DNA of 64,000 nucleotides, taken from an uncultured delta proteobacterium. Lineage in GTDB: Bacteria > Desulfobacterota > Binatia > UBA9968. A program made the position numbers and the translations under genes. Shown one piece after another: positions 20,485 to 29,096 of this stretch; positions within the stretch are counted from its first letter, which is position 1, and the number at the start of each line of letters is the position of its first letter. A model generated the notes under the pieces. The model saw only the letters and a list, made by a program, of their open reading frames with translations, searched no databases and was not told the DNA's origin. Location of the stretch: NCBI GenBank assembly GCA_963727625.1, contig CAVSHR010000005.1, positions 480,001 to 544,000 of the forward strand, given 5' to 3'.

Positions 20485-21603
20485 ATGGCGATCGGACTAT
20501 CCCACGGCGGAACCAATGTTTATTCGGCACGTGAGCGATCACGCCAGCTTTGGGTGGCAACTCAAGACGGCATTGTGCTCTTTGAGCGCGGCGTTAATGA
20601 CGAGTGGCGCGAAGCTCAGCGCGCCCTGCGCGGCCAGCATATCAGCGCAATAATATTCGAGCCCACCACCGGGACGATGTTCGCGGGAGCCTTCTTCGGC
20701 TCCGTTCATGCGAGCAGCGACGGCGGCAAAACCTGGGAGCGCCGCGACAACGGCATCACGATTCACGATGTCTACAGTCTCGCTTCGAAGGCCGTCGACG
20801 GCAAAGTCCGGGTCTACGCCGGCACTCAACCGGCGCACTTGTTCGTCAGCGAGGATCTAGGGCTTCACTGGAGTGAAATCCCCTCGCTTCGCTCCGTGCC
20901 CTCGGCGGCGCAATGGTCCTTCCCTGCGCCTCCTCATATTGCGCACACAAAATTCATCACCTTCGATCCGCACGATTCCAAAACCATCTATGCCTGCGTC
21001 GAACAGGGCGCATTTTTAAAAAGCACCGACGAAGGCAAAACTTGGACCGAGTTGAATACCGTCGGACTGCTTGCCGACAAAAATCGCCCCGTGGAGCATT
21101 TTTATGACGTGCATCGCTGCTTGATCGATCCACGCGATCCAAAGAACATTTACGTCACCGGCGGCGCGGGGCTCTATGTCACCCGCACCGGCGGCGGCAG
21201 TTGGGAGCGCTGGACCAGCTCCGACTGGGCGGCGGACGTTTATCCCGACGGCTTCGTATGGAATCCGCAGAACCCCGATCTTATGTTTGTCTCCGCCGCG
21301 GAGCACAATCCGCAAACCTGGCGCAAAGCGGGACCGGCGGCCCGCGCCGGAGGTAAAATCTATCGCAGCCAGGACGGCGGCAAAAACTGGCAGCACCTCG
21401 GCGGCGGACTGCCTGAAAGTTTGAAGCATGAGTTCGGCGCGCTCTGCCTCGAAGAGTCAAACGGCACCTGCTCGATTTTCGGCGGCACCACCGGCGGGGA
21501 AGTTTTCTGCAGCGAAGATAATGGCGAGAGCTGGACGCTCATCACAGCCGAGCTGGCACCGATTTCGAAGAAGGGGCACGAGAGGTTGCTGGCGGCGAGC
21601 TAG
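20485..21603 (+). CDS. BNR/Asp-box beta-propeller protein
   Basis: SSDGGKTW, STDEGKTW and SQDGGKNW repeats; GGAGG RBS; no signal peptide. Confidence 0.88.
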   Translation: MAIGLSHGGTNVYSARERSRQLWVATQDGIVLFERGVNDEWREAQRALRGQHISAIIFEPTTGTMFAGAFFGSVHASSDGGKTWERRDNGITIHDVYSLASKAVDGKVRVYAGTQPAHLFVSEDLGLHWSEIPSLRSVPSAAQWSFPAPPHIAHTKFITFDPHDSKTIYACVEQGAFLKSTDEGKTWTELNTVGLLADKNRPVEHFYDVHRCLIDPRDPKNIYVTGGAGLYVTRTGGGSWERWTSSDWAADVYPDGFVWNPQNPDLMFVSAAEHNPQTWRKAGPAARAGGKIYRSQDGGKNWQHLGGGLPESLKHEFGALCLEESNGTCSIFGGTTGGEVFCSEDNGESWTLITAELAPISKKGHERLLAAS

Positions 21604-21675
21604 GTGATCGGGGAAGAAGCAATTTGGCGATCGGCACAACCTATTACCTGGGTATTCCTGGAATAATCAGCGACG

Positions 21676-22425
21676 ATGACTTCAACATGCGAGACTCCCG
21701 GTGCGATGCTTGCCGGACAGCTCCTCAAGCAAAGCGAGCAAGATGGCGCCGTCACCCCGATGGACGCCGTGCTCGACGCGGCGCTCGCGAAAAGCTTCAC
21801 CGACGATCGCTGCTATCGGCTGCTCGCCCGTTTCTGGACGCTCAAGCGCATGATGTATTACGTCTATGGCGGCTGGGCCCAGGGAATTAATTTAAACGAG
21901 TACCCGCCTTCGGTCGCTTATCTCTTCGGCAAGCAGACCTACGACGAATCCACCCAAGAGATGCAGCTTTGCGACGAGATCTTGCGGCGCCGCTGGGCGC
22001 GCACGCAAAAGCAATTGTTCGCCCACCCCTACGCTCGGTTCGCCACGGCGACGCGCGCCGGGGCCTACATATTTTGCCTGCGAGCCCTCGCCAACTACCC
22101 CCAAAACGTTCGCATCGCCGCGCTCAACCTCGGGCCGAAGGTCATCGAGCTCGCCTGGACGGAAAAGTTCGCAAAGTCGATCCCCGACGAATCCATGCAC
22201 GCGATCTTTCAAAGCCAGCTCGCCGAAACTCGCAGCCATGTCCTGATGGGAAAATTTCAAACGGAACGTTTCATTCAAAAAAAGGTGGACGCCGAGCTGG
22301 CCAAGCGTTTATGCGCCGAAACCCGGCGTGACTATTTATTCTTCCTCGAAGAAACCGCCCGATTTGTCTTGGGTATGGAAGAAGAAAAGGCCGGTGAAGT
22401 GACCGTTTCTGGAGATATTGACTGA
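21676..22425 (+). CDS. Degenerate ferritin-like four-helix protein, paralog of 22859-23599
   Basis: KQTYDESTQ and SQLAETRSH...GKFQ align with RQIWDEVKH and SQSAEELMH...GKYQ. Confidence 0.7.
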   Translation: MTSTCETPGAMLAGQLLKQSEQDGAVTPMDAVLDAALAKSFTDDRCYRLLARFWTLKRMMYYVYGGWAQGINLNEYPPSVAYLFGKQTYDESTQEMQLCDEILRRRWARTQKQLFAHPYARFATATRAGAYIFCLRALANYPQNVRIAALNLGPKVIELAWTEKFAKSIPDESMHAIFQSQLAETRSHVLMGKFQTERFIQKKVDAELAKRLCAETRRDYLFFLEETARFVLGMEEEKAGEVTVSGDID

Positions 22426-22448
22426 TCGAAAAACGAACGGTTAAAGAT

Positions 22449-22510
22449 TTCAAGCTTCAAAAGCTCAATGAACTCCGACCTTGAACGCTTGAACCTTTGA
22501 ACATTGAACA
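22449..22510 (+). repeat. TTCAA/TTGAAC short-unit inverted and tandem array abutting a start codon
   Basis: TTGAAC at 22481, 22489, 22497 and 22504, preceded by complementary TTCAA units. Confidence 0.8.
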
Positions 22511-22783
22511 ATGCCGAAACTTAGAATCGACCACGATAAATGCACCGAGTGCCGCATGTGCTACGTCGTCTGCCGCGAGATCGACATCAATGCCGTCGTC
22601 GTCTCGCCGACGTCCCAGCACTTTCTGGCAATCGACGAGCGCTGCACCTATCCCGGTTGCACCGTTTGCCTGATGTACTGCCCGGCGGAAGGGTCCATCG
22701 TCGAAACGAACACGGGACGATCCATGGTCCCTCCGCCGCCCGAAGTCTGGACGGAAAATCGAAGGTGGCCGCGTCTACCCTAA
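22511..22783 (+). CDS. Dicluster-type 4Fe-4S ferredoxin with atypical spacing
   Basis: CTECRMCYVVC and CTYPGCTVCLMYCP. Confidence 0.85.
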   Translation: MPKLRIDHDKCTECRMCYVVCREIDINAVVVSPTSQHFLAIDERCTYPGCTVCLMYCPAEGSIVETNTGRSMVPPPPEVWTENRRWPRLP

Positions 22784-22804
22784 ACTCATAAACGAACGAA
22801 AGCA

Positions 22805-22848
22805 TTCAAACGACTTGAACGTTTTGAACTGTTTGAACGATTTGAACG
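22805..22848 (+). repeat. TTGAAC tandem array with 9-bp period
   Basis: TTGAAC at 22815, 22824, 22833 and 22842; TTCAAACG immediately upstream. Confidence 0.8.
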
Positions 22849-22858
22849 GAGCCCCGTT

Positions 22859-23599
22859 ATGCAACCTATCCTCAAAAATTTTTTAGACCAATGGGTATAT
22901 CCGACAGGCTTTACCGGGCCCGGTTTCGATTTTCGCCTGCGCCAGACCGAGCGCTGCCTGCCGCTATGGGACAAACTCGTTGGGCAAGCGATTCAATTCG
23001 CCGAGAAGGATTTAAAATCCGGCAGCGGTGAATACAAAGCCGTGCGTGCTCGCGCCGGCTACGCCGCCGAGGGGCCGTTCATGTCGCTCAAGCAGATGTC
23101 GACGCAGATTCTCTCGGTCGAAATCGACGAGCAGCCGAAATATATCGACCTCCAGCGCATGCGCGCGCGGCAGATCTGGGACGAGGTGAAGCATGGCCAG
23201 CTCCACGCCGACGTGCTCCTGCGCGGCGGTTTCATAGAGCGCGAGGAAGAGTTAATGGACGATCCGCGCGCCAACACACAGCCCAAGCTCTCTTACTTCG
23301 GCATGACGGCGATGTTCCCGCATATCCATCCGCTGGCCCGCGCCGGCCAGCATTATTACAACGAATCGATGGCCTGCCTTGGGATCGCGGCGACGCTCAG
23401 CGTCATCGACGACGACCTGGTGCGCCACCAACTGCACAGCCAATCGGCCGAGGAGCTGATGCATTTCATGGAAGGCAAATATCAGATCGACGCCTATGCG
23501 CTCACGCCGGAAGATCAGAAGCCGATCGAAGAAGTCTTCGACTTTTTACTCAGGCCTTGGGCACCGGAGCCGAGCCGCGCTCTGGGCGGTTCGCAATGA
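22859..23599 (+). CDS. Ferritin-like diiron-carboxylate protein
   Basis: Ligand pattern E(AAEG)...DEVKH...E(YNES)...EELMH. Confidence 0.8.
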   Translation: MQPILKNFLDQWVYPTGFTGPGFDFRLRQTERCLPLWDKLVGQAIQFAEKDLKSGSGEYKAVRARAGYAAEGPFMSLKQMSTQILSVEIDEQPKYIDLQRMRARQIWDEVKHGQLHADVLLRGGFIEREEELMDDPRANTQPKLSYFGMTAMFPHIHPLARAGQHYYNESMACLGIAATLSVIDDDLVRHQLHSQSAEELMHFMEGKYQIDAYALTPEDQKPIEEVFDFLLRPWAPEPSRALGGSQ

Positions 23600-23690
23600 A
23601 GAAACGCTTGCGTGAAAGGATTTGGAATGAGGATTCTTTTTCGTTTGCGCTGAGCTTCTCGACGCACGAACGCTGCGAGCGGACCTAACG

Positions 23691-23900
23691 ATGAAAGTCA
23701 AAATTATTGAAAATCTCTGCATCGCCTGCGGCCTGTGCCGCGAGGTCTGCCCCGAGCGCGCGGTCCACCCGAAAATGCAGGACATCCATCACATGTACGA
23801 AGTGATCGAGAGCGAATGCACCGGCTGCGGTGATTGTGTTCCCTACTGCCCAGCGCCGGGGGCGCTCAAGGAATACGAGCTAACCGGCATCACGCACTAG
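23691..23900 (+). CDS. 2[4Fe-4S] ferredoxin
   Basis: CIACGLCREVCP and CTGCGDCVPYCP. Confidence 0.93.
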   Translation: MKVKIIENLCIACGLCREVCPERAVHPKMQDIHHMYEVIESECTGCGDCVPYCPAPGALKEYELTGITH

Positions 23901-23953
23901 TTTTTGACCTATCTTCCGCAACCGCACTTAAGAAACCCTCGGAGGAGTTGGCT

Positions 23954-25129
23954 ATGAGCACCGATCCACGCACTCGCAGCTTATCTGAAACCGCCGCACA
24001 ACGTGGCCCGAACCGGTCGCTTTTCACCAAGGGTGGCCCGCCAAACTACGTGGAGAAGTCACTGGCGGCCGCGGCCACCCCGTTCAAGGGCATCACCAGC
24101 GACGGCAACGTGATCCCCGGTCTTTTCGGCATCCAGAAGACCGGCGTTTCGACCCAGTCGATCCGCGAGGCCGCCGAAGCGTTTCTCGGGTCGCTGACCC
24201 CTGCGCAGCGCGCCAAGACGCTCTTTCCCGTCGACACTGACCAGTGGCGTAAGTGGAGCAATATTCATCCGACGCTCATGCGGCACGGCACGCCGCTGTT
24301 CGAGATGACCGATGCGCAGCGCGATTGTGCTTTTGCGTTGCTGCGCGAGAGCTTGAGCGGGCAGGGTTTCGAAGAAGCCCTTGACCTCATGCACTTGAAC
24401 GAAACCGTCCAAGAGATGACCGGCCGGGTCGACGAGTACGGCGAAGACCTCTACTGGCTGAGCATCATGGGCACGCCGTCCGCGACCGAGCCCTGGGGCT
24501 GGCAGTGGGACGGCCATCATCTGATCATCAATTATCTGGTGCTCGGCGATCAGGTGGTGGCGACGCCGACCTTTTTGGGGGCTGAGCCGGTGCACGCCCG
24601 AATCGGCAAATACGCCGGCCTGCGCGCTTTCAAAGCCGACGAAGACCGCGGCTTGGCGCTTGCCCGCACGCTTTCCGATACCCAGCGCGCCAAGACAGTG
24701 CTTGCGCCGGAAACGTCCGGCGAGGATTTCACCACCGCGTTTCGCGATAACCTCGTGCTGGATTATGCGGGTATTCGCTACGAAGACCTTTCGACCCAGC
24801 AGCATGATCTCTTGCTTCAACTGGTCAACTATCACGTCGGGCGCCTGCGCAACGGCCATGCTCAATTGAAAATGGACGAAGTGAAGCGCCATTTGAAGGA
24901 CACGCATTTCTGCTGGATGGGCGGCATGGAGAACGACAGCACTTTTTACTACCGCGTGCAGAGCCCGGTGATCATCGTCGAGTTCGATCACCAGCGCGGT
25001 ATCGCCTTCCGCGAAAAGACCAAGCCGTATAAAGACCATATCCACGTGATCGTGCGCACGCCCAACGGCAACGACTACGGCAAAGATCTCTTGCGCCAGC
25101 ACTATCAATACGGCCATCACGCCAGGTAG
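23954..25129 (+). CDS. DUF3500 family protein
   Basis: GGAGG RBS; PWGWQWDGHHL, YYRVQSP and HIHVIVRTPNGNDYGKDLLRQHY motifs. Confidence 0.85.
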   Translation: MSTDPRTRSLSETAAQRGPNRSLFTKGGPPNYVEKSLAAAATPFKGITSDGNVIPGLFGIQKTGVSTQSIREAAEAFLGSLTPAQRAKTLFPVDTDQWRKWSNIHPTLMRHGTPLFEMTDAQRDCAFALLRESLSGQGFEEALDLMHLNETVQEMTGRVDEYGEDLYWLSIMGTPSATEPWGWQWDGHHLIINYLVLGDQVVATPTFLGAEPVHARIGKYAGLRAFKADEDRGLALARTLSDTQRAKTVLAPETSGEDFTTAFRDNLVLDYAGIRYEDLSTQQHDLLLQLVNYHVGRLRNGHAQLKMDEVKRHLKDTHFCWMGGMENDSTFYYRVQSPVIIVEFDHQRGIAFREKTKPYKDHIHVIVRTPNGNDYGKDLLRQHYQYGHHAR

Positions 25130-25207
25130 CGGCGGTCCTTGTACCGTACCACCAAATAAGCGGTCGAAAATTGACTAAAAATTGGCCCGATAGCATAAGG
25201 AGGCATC

Positions 25208-25840
25208 ATGCTCGAATTCGAAGGCCGGCAGATCCCCAATGAGCTCAAAGAGATCGTCGATCCCAAACGTACCGTGCTCCTGGTCTGGGACATGCAGAAC
25301 GATCAAGCCGGCGGCGCCTTCAACAAAGAGGCGCTGATTCGAAACGCACCGCCGCTCATCGACGCGGCGGCGAAAGCAAGGATCAAAACCATCTACACGC
25401 GTCAGACCCCCTTTCTCTGGAAAGACGAAGCTGCGGTGTGGATCCGCCGGGGCATGAAAGATCAAAAAGTCGACCACCCGGGCAAGCTCAAGCCGCGCCG
25501 CCTGCATGGCAGTTTCGGCTGGAATCTCATGGAACCGTTCAAGCCTGGCCCGGATGACATGGTGATCGACAAGCGCCGTCCGACCATGTTCATCGGCAAT
25601 GAGTTTGAAACCGTCATGAATAATATCAGCGCGACCACGGTTGTCATGATCGGCTGCACCACCGACGGCGGCGTCGAAGCCACAGTGCGGGAGGGGTTCA
25701 ATCGCAGTTACTTCATGGTCATCCCGCGCGACTGCGTCGGCACTTATACCGAAGAAGGCCACAACGCCGCGCTCAAACGCATGGAGCGCTTCGCCGAAGT
25801 CATCGATTCCAAAGAACTGATCGATCTTTGGCGACGGTGA
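25208..25840 (+). CDS. Isochorismatase/cysteine-hydrolase family protein lacking the Cys nucleophile
   Basis: LLVWDMQND and IDKRR present; GCTTDGGVEAT where GxxTxxCV is usual. Confidence 0.88.
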   Translation: MLEFEGRQIPNELKEIVDPKRTVLLVWDMQNDQAGGAFNKEALIRNAPPLIDAAAKARIKTIYTRQTPFLWKDEAAVWIRRGMKDQKVDHPGKLKPRRLHGSFGWNLMEPFKPGPDDMVIDKRRPTMFIGNEFETVMNNISATTVVMIGCTTDGGVEATVREGFNRSYFMVIPRDCVGTYTEEGHNAALKRMERFAEVIDSKELIDLWRR

Positions 25841-25846
25841 GCTTCG

Positions 25847-26251
25847 ATGAAAGTTGAAGTTAGTGAAGCGGTCAAAAAACTTCATGGTGGCGATGAGGAG
25901 AATGCATTCCTTGAGTTGATCGAGCTGCCGGGCGAAGTGTTGCCGGCGATCGTCGACTTTTTCCATGTCGAAACCGAGCCCCCTATCCGGGCTTTTCTAA
26001 TTAAGGCCGCTTGGGAGCGCGGCGATGACTCAGCAATTCCACTGTTGGCTGAAGCCTTGAACGACGATGCGGAAGAAGTTTGGCAGGAAGCTCTCGATGG
26101 CCTCGTGGCCTTTGCCTGCTTGAACACGCTCGAGATCCTCATCCAAGGGCGGTCGCGCGAGTTTGCCGACCGAGAGGCCGCCAAGCGCTTCCGGCTTTGG
26201 CTGGAAGAAGCGATTCAACAAATTCAATTCGAGCTCCGAGCCAAAGCCTAA
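25847..26251 (+). CDS. HEAT-repeat-like helical protein
   Basis: AIPLLAEALNDDAEEVWQEALDGL. Confidence 0.75.
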   Translation: MKVEVSEAVKKLHGGDEENAFLELIELPGEVLPAIVDFFHVETEPPIRAFLIKAAWERGDDSAIPLLAEALNDDAEEVWQEALDGLVAFACLNTLEILIQGRSREFADREAAKRFRLWLEEAIQQIQFELRAKA

Positions 26252-26336
26252 TTTTAGCTTTCCCCGTTTGCGTAATTCATCCCGAAGGAGTTAAAAGATT
26301 TTAAGTTCCCTCGATAATTCGTCAAAGGAGATCGCT

Positions 26337-27305
26337 ATGGCTGGAACAATCGGCAAGAAGGCGCTTCACGTCGCCACCTTTTCCGGATGGTATCGTTTTG
26401 AGCAAGATGGCAAAGAGTTCAAACAAACCAAACGGGATCTAACCTACTGGACCCTCACCTGCATGTCGGTCGATCCGCAGAGTCCGGAAAAGATTTACGC
26501 CGGCAGCGAGCATTCCGGGCTTTTCTACACGGAGAACGGCGGCAAGAACTGGAAGCGCGCCGAACCGAACACGCCCAAGATGATGCTGTATTCGACCCTG
26601 GCGCTCAATGGCGGAGTGATGGTCGGGACCATTCCGTCCGCCGTCTTTCGCAGCAAGAACGGCGGATGGGAAGAATTGGAAGGCGTGCGTGTCAACAGCG
26701 CCGGCGCCAATTTTCCGCCCAGTCCGGAACTGCAATCCCGCGCACGCTATCTCACTTTCGATCCCGTCGCGCCTGCACGCCTCTACGCCGGCATTGAAGT
26801 CGGCGGCATGCTGGTCAGCGACGACAGCGGCTGCACCTGGAAACCCGCAAACGAAGGGTTGACCGACATGGACATTCATGAGGTGCTCGCTAGTGAGGCG
26901 AACCCCGGCATGGTCTACCTCGCCTGTGGTGAAGCCTGCTTCCGCAGCTTCGACCGCGCCGCCCATTGGCAAGACATGTCACCCAAGTCGCACGATTACG
27001 GCACGTCGGTAGCCGAAGACAAAAACGGCGTCGTCTTTCTCGGCTGCGGCAAGGGGCGACCCAACAAATGGATTCGCGAGGAAGGCGCGAACGCGGCGAT
27101 CTTCCGCAGCCCGGACAAGGGCGCGACCTGGGAAACACTCGTCGGCAACCTTACGGGGGGCGTGATGCATATGTGCCCCACCCCTGACGGCAATGGAATG
27201 GTGGCCGGCACCTCCGACGGTTCGTTGCTGGTGATTGACGACAAGGGCGTGCGCGAAGTCGTCAGCGGTTTGCCCTTCGTAACCTCGGTGGAGTTGGCGG
27301 CGTAG
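26337..27305 (+). CDS. BNR/Asp-box beta-propeller protein
   Basis: TENGGKNW, SDDSGCTW and SPDKGATW repeats; LYAGIEVGG; AAGGAG RBS. Confidence 0.85.
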   Translation: MAGTIGKKALHVATFSGWYRFEQDGKEFKQTKRDLTYWTLTCMSVDPQSPEKIYAGSEHSGLFYTENGGKNWKRAEPNTPKMMLYSTLALNGGVMVGTIPSAVFRSKNGGWEELEGVRVNSAGANFPPSPELQSRARYLTFDPVAPARLYAGIEVGGMLVSDDSGCTWKPANEGLTDMDIHEVLASEANPGMVYLACGEACFRSFDRAAHWQDMSPKSHDYGTSVAEDKNGVVFLGCGKGRPNKWIREEGANAAIFRSPDKGATWETLVGNLTGGVMHMCPTPDGNGMVAGTSDGSLLVIDDKGVREVVSGLPFVTSVELAA

Positions 27306-27323
27306 AGAATAAGGATAATCGCG

Positions 27324-27391
27324 AGAGGAGAAGGCATAAAAATAAATTTGGAATTGTCTGATCGGTATTTCACTTTTATTCCTTCTTCTCT
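27324..27391. repeat. Purine/pyrimidine-skewed inverted repeat (16/18 match)
   Basis: agaggagaaggcataaaa (27324-27341) pairs with ttttattccttcttctct (27374-27391). Confidence 0.6.
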
Positions 27392-27465
27392 TCTTTATCT
27401 ATTATCTTCCAGGCGGCCACTCCCCTACTCCATCACTCCAATGATGGACCCGTAGAGGATTCACC

Positions 27466-28110
27466 ATGAAGCTTTACACGTTTTTTCGCAGTTCCGCTTC
27501 CTACCGCGTGCGCATCGCGCTCAATATAAAGGGCCTGACTTATGAGCAGGCGCCGGTCCATCTGCGGCGCGGCGGCGGCGAGCAACTGGCACCAGCCTAC
27601 AAGGCGATCAATCCTCAAGCGCTCGTGCCTGCGCTGGAAGACAACGGGAAGGTTCTCACGCAATCGCTAGCTATTATCGAGTATCTGGAAGAGACCCATC
27701 CAAAACCAGCGCTGCTTCCCACCGACCCGGCCGACAAGGCGCTGGTGCGCGGAATGGCCATGGTCATCGCCTGCGAAGTGCATCCAATTCAGAATCTGCG
27801 CGTGCTCAATTACGTTAAGAAAGAATACGGCCAGTCCGACGAGCAGGTGAATCGCTGGGCGCAGCATTGGATCGATCTCGGCCTGGGCGCTCTGGAACAA
27901 ATGATTCTCGCTCAGCCCAAGCGCGGCAAATTCTGCTTCGGCGACGCGCCGAGCCTCGCCGATATTTGCCTGATCCCACAGCTCGGCAACGCCCGTCGCT
28001 ACGGCTGCGATCTGTCCAAGTACCCGACGATTATAGCCATCGAAAAGACTTGCATGGCGCTGCCGCCCTTCGCCGCAGCCGCGCCGGAAAAGCAGCCGGA
28101 CGCGGAATAA
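27466..28110 (+). CDS. maiA: Maleylacetoacetate/maleylpyruvate isomerase (GST zeta)
   Basis: FRSSASYRVRIALNIKG, NPQALVP and ACEVHPIQNLRV motifs. Confidence 0.93.
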   Translation: MKLYTFFRSSASYRVRIALNIKGLTYEQAPVHLRRGGGEQLAPAYKAINPQALVPALEDNGKVLTQSLAIIEYLEETHPKPALLPTDPADKALVRGMAMVIACEVHPIQNLRVLNYVKKEYGQSDEQVNRWAQHWIDLGLGALEQMILAQPKRGKFCFGDAPSLADICLIPQLGNARRYGCDLSKYPTIIAIEKTCMALPPFAAAAPEKQPDAE

Positions 28111-28186
28111 GTAGTTTCGATTACGTGGTCGTAAGTTCGGATCCCGACCTTGTGCGTTGACCCGACACTAGAAACATTTCCGACCC

Positions 28187-28960
28187 ATGTTTGTTATCAA
28201 ACAATTTCTCAAAGCATTACTGCTGCCGCCGACGGTTTGGCTGCTCATGCTGCTGGCGGCGTTCGTCTTCTGGCGCCGCAGTTGGGCACGCAAGTTCCTG
28301 TTTTACACGATTCTTTTGATTTTCGCCTTACACAGCGGCCCGGTGAATTACGCACTCCGCTACCCGCTCGAGTCGCGTTATCCACCGCTTCTCGATCCTC
28401 AAACAGCGGGGTCCTATGATGCCATCGTCGTTCTTACCAGCGGGATCATCCCCGCCGGAGGTTTGGTGCCATTTCCTTCCATCGACGAGTTCATGTTCCG
28501 CCGCCTTGACGAAGCCTGGCGGCTGTATCGAATTCAACCCAGGCCGATCATCGTCTCGGGCGGCCATGTCAACCCATTCACCGCAGACAAAAGCGAGAAC
28601 AAGATCGCCCGCGATTATTTGATCCGCTGGGGCGTGCCGGTAGATGACGTGATCGGCGAAGGCCGATCGCGGGATACTTTTGAGAGCGCCGTTGAGGTAC
28701 AAAAGATCTTGCGACAAAAAGGCTTCAAACGTTATTTGCTGGTTACTTCCGCGGTGCATATGCCGCGAAGCATGCTCGCCTTTAGCGCCCTGGCGCCCGA
28801 ACCGATCGCCGCTCCCGGCGACTTTTCCCTCAGCGCCCTGGAAATCACACCCTTCGATTTCATTCCCAACGAGCAGGCGGCGCGCAGACTTTTCATCACC
28901 CTGCATGAATACCTGGGTTTGGCCAACTACAACTGGCGTGTGCGCTTTGCCAAACCCTAG
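28187..28960 (+). CDS. YdcF/ElyC (DUF218) family envelope protein
   Basis: IVSGG, EGRSRDTFESA, LVTSAVHMPR and HEYLG motifs. Confidence 0.9.
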   Translation: MFVIKQFLKALLLPPTVWLLMLLAAFVFWRRSWARKFLFYTILLIFALHSGPVNYALRYPLESRYPPLLDPQTAGSYDAIVVLTSGIIPAGGLVPFPSIDEFMFRRLDEAWRLYRIQPRPIIVSGGHVNPFTADKSENKIARDYLIRWGVPVDDVIGEGRSRDTFESAVEVQKILRQKGFKRYLLVTSAVHMPRSMLAFSALAPEPIAAPGDFSLSALEITPFDFIPNEQAARRLFITLHEYLGLANYNWRVRFAKP

Positions 28961-29096
28961 GCCCGCTCGAGCGTGGCAGCGCCGATTCTTAGTTGCAAAT
29001 CGCCCGCGGAATGATAGACAAGTCGATATTGCTATACCCGACCAGCAGCGATGCGGCCGGGCCTTCATTGACAAGTTTTAAATCAAGAGACTGAAC

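Noticed and set aside
22449-22848. TTGAAC arrays as a CRISPR array
   Set aside because: Units are 7-9 bp with no unique spacers and there are no cas genes.
21676-23599. Ferritin-like pair as ribonucleotide reductase R2, bacterioferritin or encapsulin cargo
   Set aside because: No R1 or encapsulin gene is nearby, the proteins are too long for ferritins, and one copy lacks metal ligands.
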